A program made the translations under genes and the position numbers. From the NCBI GenBank assembly GCA_036508535.1, contig DATCHE010000132.1:1-62354 (forward strand): a DNA stretch of 62,354 nucleotides. Direction: 5' to 3'. This DNA comes from Bacteroidales bacterium. Its GTDB lineage: Bacteria > Bacteroidota > Bacteroidia > Bacteroidales > VadinHA17. The notes beneath the pieces were generated by a model. The model was given only the letters and a program-made list of their open reading frames with translations, made no database searches and had not been told where the DNA came from. This document shows positions 29,208-38,142 of the stretch, one piece after another. The stretch's first letter is position 1, and each line of letters starts with the position of its first letter.

Positions 29208-29546
29208 TTAGGTTGGTTTATTAAAAATTTTAAGGTTTGAATCAACCTGATTCATACAGCAAAAATTGTAAAAAAAAAACTAATAAAAAAAATTTTTTTT
29301 ACTTGAATATCTCAATAAAAGTATATGTTTTTAATCATCAGCAACTTATAAAAAAAAAATAATTTAAAATGTTTAATGATCTGAATATCATATATATATG
29401 ATTAATAGAATTGATTTGTTGGTGTATTACAAGTTGTTATGATTTCTTACTCAAAATTCAACATAGCATCACTAAAACGAGGACTATTTTGTTATAGATT
29501 CAGAAATCATTTTTAAGATCAAGATTATCTGACTTTTAGCAAAATT

Positions 29547-30500
29547 TTAATTTGCAGGTGCACTTTTCTTACCAAATATTGAAAAGTGAACATATCTTTT
29601 TGGGTTTGCCTTCATGTCCTTCAAAAGTATGTTTAGACTTTCAAGACTATGGGTCATATTCAAATAAAGTGTATCATTTGTGAGGAATTGACCTGCGGTT
29701 CCTTTTCCTTTGTTAATATTGTCAATCATAAGTGAAGTTTTCCCGAGACTTGTCTTAAGGCTAGAAATCGAAGCAAAAATATCGGCAGATGCAAGGGTAT
29801 CAGATATTGTCTCAAGATTTTTGAATGTTCCACTCATGCTGGCCGAATTATCTGACAACATCTTTGTAAACTTGTTTACATTATCGAGTGTTGCTTTGAG
29901 TTCTTCTTCTTTCGATCCGATAATATTATCAAGTTTTCCTGTTGTGCTGTTAAGGTTTGCAAGAGTTTCGCTCAGATTTTTCTTAAATCCTGCATTCATT
30001 ATTTCATTTACAGAACTTGTTACTGAATCTATAGTGGTAATCAGTTTTGTGAGCTTCTCAGTAACTGGAATTAGTTCTGATTCTACTGTTTTAATAAGCG
30101 ATTCTGCAATTCTGCCAGGAATGGTATCTCTGTTAACATAATATCCCGGACCTGTTCCAAAAATAAAGTGAACCTTCATTCCGCCGAGAAGAGACATAGG
30201 AACAATCTCTGCTACTGTCTTCTTAGGAAGTTTAAAGTTCTTGATTACTGAGAATGTAACAACGAGTCGGCCACTTTCATCATCTAAAAAATCAATATTT
30301 TGTACAACCCCTACTTTAAAGCCATTAATCTCTACAGGACTCGACTCTGCCAACCCTCCAATCTCATCAAAAACTGTATAGTAATAGGCTGAATTAGAGA
30401 AAAAATCTTTTCCTTTCAAAAAACTATAAAGCCAGATAAAAATCAGTATTGCTAACAGTGTTGTTGCTCCAACTTTAACTTCGTTTGAGATTTTTTTCAT
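29547..30500 (-). CDS. MlaD/MCE-domain protein
   Basis: N-terminal anchor, then an MCE-like domain (VGATTLLAI...SPVEINGFKVGVV) and a coiled-coil tail. Confidence 0.8.
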   Translation of the reverse strand: MKKISNEVKVGATTLLAILIFIWLYSFLKGKDFFSNSAYYYTVFDEIGGLAESSPVEINGFKVGVVQNIDFLDDESGRLVVTFSVIKNFKLPKKTVAEIVPMSLLGGMKVHFIFGTGPGYYVNRDTIPGRIAESLIKTVESELIPVTEKLTKLITTIDSVTSSVNEIMNAGFKKNLSETLANLNSTTGKLDNIIGSKEEELKATLDNVNKFTKMLSDNSASMSGTFKNLETISDTLASADIFASISSLKTSLGKTSLMIDNINKGKGTAGQFLTNDTLYLNMTHSLESLNILLKDMKANPKRYVHFSIFGKKSAPAN

Positions 30501-30514
30501 CTAAGATTTTGTTT

Positions 30515-31666
30515 TTATTTCTTTTTCTCTAATACCTGTTGCAAAGGTAATATTTTGTTATCTTTTACTGCTATAACAAAAGCATCGGGATAAAGTTTCT
30601 CAATCTTTTTTCTGTATTTAACTGCTGCGGAATAATCAGCAAACCTGCCTGTTGCATACTTATATCGATCTTCAGCATTAATTTCGATAATATCTGTTAA
30701 TCCCTTGAAATTTTCAGCGCTCACTTCATTTTTTGAAGTAGAATTACCAATCTGAACCATAAACAGAACCGACCCATCTGACGATAATTCTTTTGTTGAA
30801 ATGTTGGTTTTAGGATCAGTAATCTGGTCATTACTCCACGAAACCCAGCTTTTACTATTAATTTCATCAATGTATTCACTGCATGCAGAAAATATTGAAG
30901 AAGCAATATACTCCTGGCCTTGCTTTGAGTTCAGATATTTTTCCTCGTCGGAATTGGATATAAAGCCTGTCTCTGTTAGTACGCTTGGCATTGTTGTCAT
31001 AAACAATACCCAGAATCCGGCCTGCTGAACACCTCTGTCAGTCCGTTTTATTCTATCGGTGTATTGAGTCTGTATCTTTGACGCAAGACTTGTGCTCTGT
31101 TCCTGAAAAATGTTTTGCATAAGGCTGAACATGATGTAAGATTCAGGTAACTTGGGATCAAATCCTTCATATGCTGCTGTGTGGTCTTTTTCCAAAAGGA
31201 TTACCTCATTTTCTTTCATTGCAACCTCAAGATTTTGCTGGTCTTTAGCTATACCCATTATATATGTTTCGGTACCCTTGACATTTTTGGAAGTAGTTGC
31301 GTTAACATGAATTGAAATGAACAGATCTGCTTTGACCTTATTAGCGATATTGGCACGGTCCCTGAGTTCAACGAATGAGTCATTTCTTCTGGTGTAAATG
31401 ACCGTTACATTCTTGATATTCTGTTCGATATATTCACCCGTTTTAAGCGCAACAGCTAAAGCAATATTTTTTTCATAGCTGAAAGCTCCCACTGCTCCCG
31501 GATCTTTTCCTCCATGTCCGGCATCAATAACAATTATCCACCCTTTCTCATTTTTAATAGCCGATAGCGGACCTGAAATATTAATTAGAATGGAAACAAA
31601 TAGAATCAATTTAATTTTATATATATTAATGGTGTGATGTTTGCCGTTATTAATTCCTGTACTCAT
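30515..31666 (-). CDS. N-acetylmuramoyl-L-alanine amidase (Amidase_3) with C-terminal SPOR-like domain
   Basis: VIDAGHGGKDPGAVG and ISIHVNA motifs. The C-terminal FMVQIGNS...YKYATGRF region has a SPOR-like pattern. Confidence 0.85.
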   Translation of the reverse strand: MSTGINNGKHHTINIYKIKLILFVSILINISGPLSAIKNEKGWIIVIDAGHGGKDPGAVGAFSYEKNIALAVALKTGEYIEQNIKNVTVIYTRRNDSFVELRDRANIANKVKADLFISIHVNATTSKNVKGTETYIMGIAKDQQNLEVAMKENEVILLEKDHTAAYEGFDPKLPESYIMFSLMQNIFQEQSTSLASKIQTQYTDRIKRTDRGVQQAGFWVLFMTTMPSVLTETGFISNSDEEKYLNSKQGQEYIASSIFSACSEYIDEINSKSWVSWSNDQITDPKTNISTKELSSDGSVLFMVQIGNSTSKNEVSAENFKGLTDIIEINAEDRYKYATGRFADYSAAVKYRKKIEKLYPDAFVIAVKDNKILPLQQVLEKKK

Positions 31667-31702
31667 TTTTAGTTCGCGTTTTTTAATTAGTTTTGCGCTG
31701 AC

Positions 31703-34411
31703 ATGCCGGTATCATACAAAAACTATACAAAAATAGTATTTAAGTTGTATTTTTTAAAAGAAAAGCGGTTACTTATAGTGTTCCTTGTTTTGGTCCATAC
31801 TCTGTCATTGTTTTCTCAGGAAAGCAAGAGCAAAATGGACTCGTTACTGATTAGGCAGGACACTCTCATATCCGATACAATTCCGAAGAACATCCGCCGC
31901 CGCTCATCCAGTGCTATTGAGTCTAAGGTCACATATTCTGCAGTCGATAAAATAAAAAAGGATCTTATTAACAAGAAAATGTTTCTTACCAATGCAGCGG
32001 TAGTGAAATATCAGGATATTGAGATAAAAGCAGATTCTATTGTTATAGACATGAATACGAATATATTATTTGCAGCAGGGAGAAAGGATTCTACCGGGAA
32101 AATTGTCGGGAAGCCGGTTTTTACCCAGGGATCTCAGTTAATTGACGCTGATGAACTTACCTATAATTTCAAAACGACGAGGGCTTACGCCACAAACATT
32201 ATCACTAAACAGGCAGATGGTCTTCTGCATAGCGAGTTTACAAAACTTCTTGAGGATAAAACATCAAATATTTCGAGGAGTACTTATTCTACATGCGATG
32301 CCGATACTCCACATTTTTATATCAACCTTCCAAGAGCAAAAGTATACCCGGGAAAAAAGATTATCTCTGGACCGGGTAACCTGGTTCTTGAGGGAATACC
32401 ATTACCACTGATAATACCTTTTGGATTCTTTCCCGTTCAAACCAAAAAAGCGGCTTCAGGATTAATTATCCCCAGAATAGGTGAAGAGAAAGGAAGAGGT
32501 TTTTCACTAACAGACGGAGGTTATTATTTTGCAGCAAGCGACTATTTTGATCTTTCGCTGAAAGGAAACCTCTACTCAAATGGCACATGGATGGTTACAG
32601 CATTAACCAATTATAACAGACTTTATAAATACAGTGGGAACTTTGCTTTTAATTATGCAAGTAATATTTCGGGGCACAAAGGGCTGCCTGATTATTCTAA
32701 ATCTACAAATTACAGGTTAGGATGGATATACAATCAGGATTCCAAGGCTTCACCCGGCTCCAGATTTTCTGCAAGTGTTAACATGAGTTCAAGTGGATAC
32801 GATCGTAATAACAGTTACATAGTTGAAGACCATGTAACAACTCAGCGTCAATCAAGCGTAAGTTATTCTAAATCGTGGGATGGAACACCATTCAATCTTT
32901 CGGCAAGTGTGAACCATAGTCAAAATGTTAAAAACAAAACTATAAGTCTTAATTTACCTAAGGTTAATTTTAACGTCGGAAGAATTTACCCTTTGAAAAG
33001 GAAGAACAGTACAGGTACACCCAAATGGTATCAGGAAATTCAACTTTCTTATTCTGCATCTATTGATAATCAGATAAATACCTACGACAGCCTTCTTTTT
33101 ACAAAAGAAGTATTTAAGAATATGAAAAGCGGATTTAAACATGATATCCCCCTGAGTTTCCAGATTCGCCCCTTTAACAATTTTTCAATATCCCCATCAT
33201 TAACGTATTCCGGTGTTATGTACACTCAAAAGATTGAGAAAAGATGGAAACCTGACTATAAAAATCCTGATAATAATCAATTAGAACCTAAAGCGGTTAA
33301 CGATACAACACGAGGTGTATTTTACGGACAAGCCATTAACCCTTCAATAGGTGCAAGCTTTAACCCTCAGATATTCGGAATTTATCAATTTGTTAATCCA
33401 AATTCAAGAATTCAATCAATTCGTCATGTAATTAAGCCTTCGATAGGTTTTAATTTTGTTCCCAAAATTGAAGGGCTTAGTTCTGACATGTACAGACAAG
33501 TGCAGGTTGACACTACGGGCCGCACTGAAACATATTCAATTTTTGAAGGGAATATTTTTGGTACGCCTTCATTATCAAGTAAAAGCGGTAATTTGTCCTT
33601 TGGTCTTGTAAATCTTCTGGAGGCCAAGGTATTTTCCCGGAATGACACTACCGGGAAACCAAAAAAGATTAAAATCATCGATAATTTTGGCATAAACACA
33701 TCTTATAATATTTTTGCAGACTCACTGAGATGGGCTCCGGTATCTATGCAGATCAGAACCACCATCAAGAATACAATCAACATTTCAGCGAACAGTAGTT
33801 TTTCACTTTATGGTACCGATAGCAAAGGCAACCCGATCAGAACATATTTGTTTTCTCAAAACAAAAAACTAATGAGACTCACTAATTTTACAACAAGTCT
33901 CGATTTTAGCCTAAGCGAATTGCTGAAGGGGAAGAAGGATAAAAAAAATACCAATACCTCTACTTCGCAGCCAGGATTGGCTGAAATGAACAGGACTGCA
34001 GGATCTACAGAGTTAAATGTACCGGCATCGCCAACAGCTGTTGGAGATTTGACTGACATATACGGCTATACTGCTTTTGATGTTCCATGGACACTCAATG
34101 TCAGCTATAGCTTCAACTATTATAAGACTGGTTTAAAATCAAACACATCACAAACACTTTCTATTAATAATGGTAGTGTTGCACTAACTAAAAAGATGAA
34201 GATCACTTTCACAAGCGGTTATGATTTCACATTTAAACAGATAACGATGACTCAGATCGGAATTACCAGAGATCTTCACTGCTGGGAAATGAACTTTAAC
34301 TGGGTTCCGAATGGAACAATGCAGATGTGGAACTTTACAATCAGAGTAAAAGCAGCTGTACTTAGTGATTTAAAATATGAACGAAGAAAGGATTTCCATG
34401 ATACTTACTAA
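31703..34411 (+). CDS. LptD-like outer-membrane LPS-assembly protein (Bacteroidota long form)
   Basis: 902-aa ORF with a signal-like segment, an OstA-like N-terminal region and a long beta-rich C-terminal part. It is divergent from the amidase gene. The start is uncertain: the TAGTTTTG box at 31688-31695 is only 8 nt before the ATG, and the TTG at 31745 is an alternative. Confidence 0.65.
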   Translation: MPVSYKNYTKIVFKLYFLKEKRLLIVFLVLVHTLSLFSQESKSKMDSLLIRQDTLISDTIPKNIRRRSSSAIESKVTYSAVDKIKKDLINKKMFLTNAAVVKYQDIEIKADSIVIDMNTNILFAAGRKDSTGKIVGKPVFTQGSQLIDADELTYNFKTTRAYATNIITKQADGLLHSEFTKLLEDKTSNISRSTYSTCDADTPHFYINLPRAKVYPGKKIISGPGNLVLEGIPLPLIIPFGFFPVQTKKAASGLIIPRIGEEKGRGFSLTDGGYYFAASDYFDLSLKGNLYSNGTWMVTALTNYNRLYKYSGNFAFNYASNISGHKGLPDYSKSTNYRLGWIYNQDSKASPGSRFSASVNMSSSGYDRNNSYIVEDHVTTQRQSSVSYSKSWDGTPFNLSASVNHSQNVKNKTISLNLPKVNFNVGRIYPLKRKNSTGTPKWYQEIQLSYSASIDNQINTYDSLLFTKEVFKNMKSGFKHDIPLSFQIRPFNNFSISPSLTYSGVMYTQKIEKRWKPDYKNPDNNQLEPKAVNDTTRGVFYGQAINPSIGASFNPQIFGIYQFVNPNSRIQSIRHVIKPSIGFNFVPKIEGLSSDMYRQVQVDTTGRTETYSIFEGNIFGTPSLSSKSGNLSFGLVNLLEAKVFSRNDTTGKPKKIKIIDNFGINTSYNIFADSLRWAPVSMQIRTTIKNTINISANSSFSLYGTDSKGNPIRTYLFSQNKKLMRLTNFTTSLDFSLSELLKGKKDKKNTNTSTSQPGLAEMNRTAGSTELNVPASPTAVGDLTDIYGYTAFDVPWTLNVSYSFNYYKTGLKSNTSQTLSINNGSVALTKKMKITFTSGYDFTFKQITMTQIGITRDLHCWEMNFNWVPNGTMQMWNFTIRVKAAVLSDLKYERRKDFHDTY

Positions 34412-34429
34412 TTTCTTAATACTTACATC

Positions 34430-34807
34430 ATGAAGAAAATTTTCAGCACATCAAAAGCTCCCGCAGCCATTGGACCTTATAGTCAGGCTGTAGAAATGAA
34501 TAATACCCTTTATATTTCAGGTCAGATCCCCATAAATCCGTTAACCGGAAAGCTGGTTGAAGGAGATATTACTGTACAGACTGAACAGGTTTTTAAGAAC
34601 ATTTCTGCCATTCTTGATGTCGCAGGTTATTCATTTGATGATGTTGTTAAATCAACCTGCCTGCTTAGTGATATAGCAAACTTTAAAGCAATGAACGAAG
34701 TATATGCCAGGTATTACACCGAGAAACAACCTGCCAGGGCAGCATTCGCAGCAAAAGATTTGCCAATGGGTGCCCTGATTGAAATTGACACAATCGCCAT
34801 GAAATAA
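34430..34807 (+). CDS. ridA: RidA/YjgF-family reactive-intermediate deaminase
   Basis: APAAIGPYSQAV...GQIP...PARAAFA...IEIDTIA are canonical RidA motifs. Confidence 0.9.
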   Translation: MKKIFSTSKAPAAIGPYSQAVEMNNTLYISGQIPINPLTGKLVEGDITVQTEQVFKNISAILDVAGYSFDDVVKSTCLLSDIANFKAMNEVYARYYTEKQPARAAFAAKDLPMGALIEIDTIAMK

Positions 34808-34815
34808 GCATCGTA

Positions 34816-34841
34816 GAGACGCAAAATCTTGCGTCTCATTT
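34816..34841 (+). terminator. Palindrome GAGACGCAAAATCTTGCGTCTC plus a weak T-tract, a likely ridA terminator
   Basis: Hairpin 9 nt after the ridA stop, followed by ATTT. The U-tract is weak. Confidence 0.45.
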
Positions 34842-34866
34842 GGATGCCTAGACACCCTGCCCATGC

Positions 34867-34897
34867 AAAAAAAAAGAGACGCAAAATTTTGCGTCTC
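34867..34897 (-). terminator. Intrinsic terminator (second) for the rpsF-rpsR-rplI operon
   Basis: Palindrome at 34876-34897. On the minus strand it is followed by T9 (plus-strand A9 at 34867-34875). Confidence 0.65.
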
Positions 34898-34911
34898 TAT
34901 TGATTGTAAAT

Positions 34912-34941
34912 AAAAAAAAGAGACGCAAGATTTTGCGTCTC
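34912..34941 (-). terminator. Intrinsic terminator (first) for the rpsF-rpsR-rplI operon
   Basis: Palindrome at 34920-34941 (the reverse complement of the 34816 copy). On the minus strand it is followed by T8. It lies 24 nt past the rplI stop. Confidence 0.7.
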
Positions 34942-34964
34942 TACCTTTTTATATATAGGATATT

Positions 34965-35411
34965 CTATTCTCCTTTGATTTCAAATTCAACCTCAACTTT
35001 AACATCCCTGTGCAGTTTGATAATGGCTTTATAATTACCAACTTCCTTAATCTGATCTTCAGGGAGTGTAATGTTTTTACGATCAATATCAAATCCTTTT
35101 TCTTTAAGCGACTCAGCTATCTGTATCGTGTTAACTGAACCGAAAATTTTACCTGAAGTACTGGTTTTTGCACCGACTATGATTTTAATACCAGCCATTC
35201 TTCCGGCTATCTCCTGAGCGGCTATTTTGATCTTCTCTTCTTTATGAGCCCTCTGTCTGAGATTTTCAGTATGCATCTTCTTTTCAGATGATGTTGCAGC
35301 TACTGCATAACCCCTGGGGATTAGAAAATTTCTACCGTAACCTGCTTTTACATTTACTAAATCGTCCTTCTGCCCTAGCTTATTGACGTCCTGTATTAAT
35401 ATTATTTCCAT
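34965..35411 (-). CDS. rplI: 50S ribosomal protein L9
   Basis: MEIILIQDV..LG..GD.V.VK.GY.RNFLIP pattern. Confidence 0.93.
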   Translation of the reverse strand: MEIILIQDVNKLGQKDDLVNVKAGYGRNFLIPRGYAVAATSSEKKMHTENLRQRAHKEEKIKIAAQEIAGRMAGIKIIVGAKTSTSGKIFGSVNTIQIAESLKEKGFDIDRKNITLPEDQIKEVGNYKAIIKLHRDVKVEVEFEIKGE

Positions 35412-35419
35412 ATCTCTCC

Positions 35420-35689
35420 TTATTTTAAAAGGTCAGTAACATAAGGAAGAAGAGCAATGTGACGGGCTCTTTTGACGGCTTTTGCCACTTTCCTTTGATA
35501 TTTAAGTGAAGTACCCGTAATTCTGCGAGGCAGAATCTTACCCTGGTCATTCAGAAACTTTTTTAGAAATTCAGGATCTTTATAATCAATATATCTGATC
35601 CTGTTTTTCTTAAATCTGCAGTATTTCTTTTTTTTGATCTCAACCGTTGGGGGAGTCAAATATCTGATTTCTGATTCGTTCTGTGCCAT
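35420..35689 (-). CDS. rpsR: 30S ribosomal protein S18
   Basis: YIDYKD...LKKF....[10 protein letters not shown] pattern. Confidence 0.93.
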   Translation of the reverse strand: MAQNESEIRYLTPPTVEIKKKKYCRFKKNRIRYIDYKDPEFLKKFLNDQGKILPRRITGTSLKYQRKVAKAVKRARHIALLPYVTDLLK

Positions 35690-35692
35690 ATT

Positions 35693-36046
35693 CTATTCCT
35701 CCTTTGATTTTCCTGATTCCTTTTGTCTCCTTTTCTTCTCAGCATATTCGACGGCAAATTTCTCCATCCTGAAAGTTAAAAACCTGATAATCCTTTCATC
35801 TCTACGATATTGGAGTTCAAGTTTTTCAATTAGATCGCCTGTGCCTTTAAATTCAACCAGGTAATAGAAGCCGGTAGACTTCTTCTGGATGGGGTAGGCC
35901 AGTTTCTTTAGACCCCAGTTCTCTTCATGAATGATCTCTCCGGTATTATCGGTAATGACCTTCTTGAATTTCTGTACCGCTTCCTTCATCTGAGTCTCAG
36001 ATAAAACGGGAGTTGCAATGAAAACGGTTTCGTACTGATTCAACAT
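35693..36046 (-). CDS. rpsF: 30S ribosomal protein S6
   Basis: YETVFI...NWG.KKLAYPI pattern. It is the first gene of the rpsF-rpsR-rplI operon. Confidence 0.93.
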   Translation of the reverse strand: MLNQYETVFIATPVLSETQMKEAVQKFKKVITDNTGEIIHEENWGLKKLAYPIQKKSTGFYYLVEFKGTGDLIEKLELQYRRDERIIRFLTFRMEKFAVEYAEKKRRQKESGKSKEE

Positions 36047-36084
36047 AGTAATTAATTGTTTATTAGATTAATGATTTTGGATCG

Positions 36085-36092
36085 CAAAAGTA
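36085..36092 (-). promoter_or_regulatory. -7 box TACTTTTG (minus strand) for the rpsF operon
   Basis: 39 nt upstream of the rpsF ATG at 36046. Confidence 0.45.
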
Positions 36093-36202
36093 CAACTATT
36101 TTACTTTATTCAAAAATTATTTACTGATATTTTCCTCGAAGAGATTTTTCTATAAATATTTACTTACTTAATGTAGATGGATAAGGAATGCTGTTTGGGA
36201 TA

Positions 36203-36268
36203 GGGAGATTCCTCATGAGGATAATGAATGTCATTCCGAATGAAGCGAAGCGGAATGAGGAATCCCCC
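36203..36268. repeat. Nested/alternative hairpin element in the rpsF-dnaX divergent region
   Basis: Outer arms GGGAGATTCCTCAT / ATGAGGAATCCCCC (1 mismatch). Inner arms TCATTCCG / CGGAATGA share bases with the outer right arm. Confidence 0.7.
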
Positions 36269-36328
36269 CTAATTATATACTGATTTGAGATTGTTTAATA
36301 TTGAGTTTTATGAGCAAGCCTTTTTAAC

Positions 36329-36336
36329 TATATTTG
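36329..36336 (+). promoter_or_regulatory. -7 box TATATTTG for dnaX
   Basis: 38 nt upstream of the ATG at 36374. Confidence 0.45.
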
Positions 36337-36373
36337 TCTTTAACAATTCACCAGAAACGACAGTAACAGATTT

Positions 36374-38119
36374 ATGGAAAATTTCATTGTTTCAGCGCGA
36401 AAATACAGACCTGCGAGTTTCGATATGGTTATTGGTCAGGATTCTATTACAAACACATTGAAAAGTGCCATTAAGAATAACCATCTTGCTCATGCTTATC
36501 TTTTTTGTGGACCACGTGGCGTTGGTAAGACAACCTGTGCCAGGATCTTTGCCAAAACAATTAACTGCAGCAACCTCAGCGAAGACGCCGTAGCCTGTGA
36601 TAAATGTGAATCCTGTTTGTCATTCAACTCATCCAGATCATTCAACATACATGAACTTGACGCAGCTTCCAATAATAAGGTAGAGGATATAAGAAGTCTT
36701 AATGATCAGGTTCGCATTCCACCACAAATCGGGAAATACAGTATTTATATTATTGATGAAGTCCACATGCTCTCTGCATCGGCATTTAACGCATTTCTAA
36801 AGACACTGGAAGAACCCCCGGCACATGCCATATTCATCCTGGCTACAACTGAAAAGCATAAAATAATTCCAACTATTCTTTCAAGGTGCCAGATATTCGA
36901 TTTTAACAGAATAAGAATTGAAGATATTGTTCATCGTCTGATGTATGTAGCAAATAATGAGGATATTAACGCTAATGAAGAAGCTCTTCATATTATTGGC
37001 CAGAAAGCCGATGGTGCAATGCGCGATGCTTTGTCAATTTTCGACCAGATTGTGAGCCTGAGTGGAAAAACAATAAGTTATAAGGATGTCATTGAGAATC
37101 TTAACGTGCTCGACTATGAGTATTATTTTAGAACTATAGACGGAGCCTTAATGGGCGATGTTTCTTTGGTATTAACAACTTTTAATGAGGTGCTTGAGAA
37201 TGGGTTTGATGGTCATAATTTTATATCCGGTTTAAACAGTCACCTCCGCGATCTTCTGATAAGCAAAGATGAATCTACATTACGGCTGCTCGAGGCAACT
37301 CCTGCTGTTAAACAAAGATATTTGCAGCAAACCGGTAAATGCCCGGTAGATTTTCTGTTTAATGCTTTGGAGATTGGTTCAAATTGTGATATTAATTATA
37401 AGATCAGTAAGAACCCACGACTGCACGTAGAGCTCTCTCTTATACGATTGTGCCGGCTTAATACCGGGCTCGTGGAACCGACGGAAAAAAAAAAGCCTGA
37501 TTCAAAACAATTAAAAGGTGAGAAAGAAGAACCGCCTCTTCCTTCAAAACCGGAGATAATCAGTCAGGAAATTAAGCCAGACGAAATTAAAATCGCAGCT
37601 CCTGAAGTTTATACATCAAAACATGAGCCGGTTATAGAGAAAGCTTCAAAATCTTTCTCAATAAAAGAGATCATGTCTGAAGAAACAAAACCTGTTGAAA
37701 AGACACCCGAACTGTCAGACAAGGAAGTAGATTATCAAAATTTAAAGCCGAAGGATGAATTCAACCCGGTAGCGTTCGAAACTGCATGGCTTGAGTTTCT
37801 TGAGCAGCTAAAAGGTGAGGGAACAAGGATAATAAGCATGTTTAATACTATAAAACCTGAGGTTGAAAATGATCAGACAATCAAGATACACCTTAGCAAT
37901 GCCGCTCAAAAAGATACTTTCATTCAGAATTATAAGCAAAAACTTATTTCTTTTTTAGAGAGCAGGTTTATTTTTGCCGGAATTGATATTGAGACAATTG
38001 TTGACCTGAAGGACACAACCGACATTTTATATACTGATGACCAGAAATACAATTACCTGTTTAATAAATACCCGATTCTGAAAGAGATGAAAAAGAACTT
38101 TAATCTCGACATTACTTAA
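36374..38119 (+). CDS. dnaX: DNA polymerase III subunit gamma/tau
   Basis: GPRGVGKTT Walker A, a CDKCESC zinc module, IIDEVHMLS, SRCQ. A Lys/Glu/Pro-rich linker follows residue ~370. Confidence 0.92.
   Translation: MENFIVSARKYRPASFDMVIGQDSITNTLKSAIKNNHLAHAYLFCGPRGVGKTTCARIFAKTINCSNLSEDAVACDKCESCLSFNSSRSFNIHELDAASNNKVEDIRSLNDQVRIPPQIGKYSIYIIDEVHMLSASAFNAFLKTLEEPPAHAIFILATTEKHKIIPTILSRCQIFDFNRIRIEDIVHRLMYVANNEDINANEEALHIIGQKADGAMRDALSIFDQIVSLSGKTISYKDVIENLNVLDYEYYFRTIDGALMGDVSLVLTTFNEVLENGFDGHNFISGLNSHLRDLLISKDESTLRLLEATPAVKQRYLQQTGKCPVDFLFNALEIGSNCDINYKISKNPRLHVELSLIRLCRLNTGLVEPTEKKKPDSKQLKGEKEEPPLPSKPEIISQEIKPDEIKIAAPEVYTSKHEPVIEKASKSFSIKEIMSEETKPVEKTPELSDKEVDYQNLKPKDEFNPVAFETAWLEFLEQLKGEGTRIISMFNTIKPEVENDQTIKIHLSNAAQKDTFIQNYKQKLISFLESRFIFAGIDIETIVDLKDTTDILYTDDQKYNYLFNKYPILKEMKKNFNLDIT
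37485..37500 (+). promoter_or_regulatory. Candidate recoding site in dnaX: an A10 run containing A-AAA-AAG, with a -1-frame stop GCC TGA
   Basis: Codons GAA AAA AAA AAG at 37484-37495. The -1 frame reads GCC TGA (stop at 37498-37500). The one-A-deletion frame stops after 6 codons. Confidence 0.4.
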
Positions 38120-38142
38120 TCTTCCTAAACGATTAAATTATT

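Noticed and set aside
34816-34941. CRISPR-like appearance: three copies of a 22-bp repeat with short spacers
   Set aside because: There are only three copies with irregular spacing (38 and 22 bp). The repeat is self-complementary, its orientation flips, there are no cas genes, and flanking T/A tracts fit terminators.
36047-36130. Possible S6:S18-binding leader upstream of rpsF
   Set aside because: The leader implied by the promoter box at 36085-36092 is only ~30 nt, and I cannot see the expected helix by eye. A covariance-model scan would be needed.
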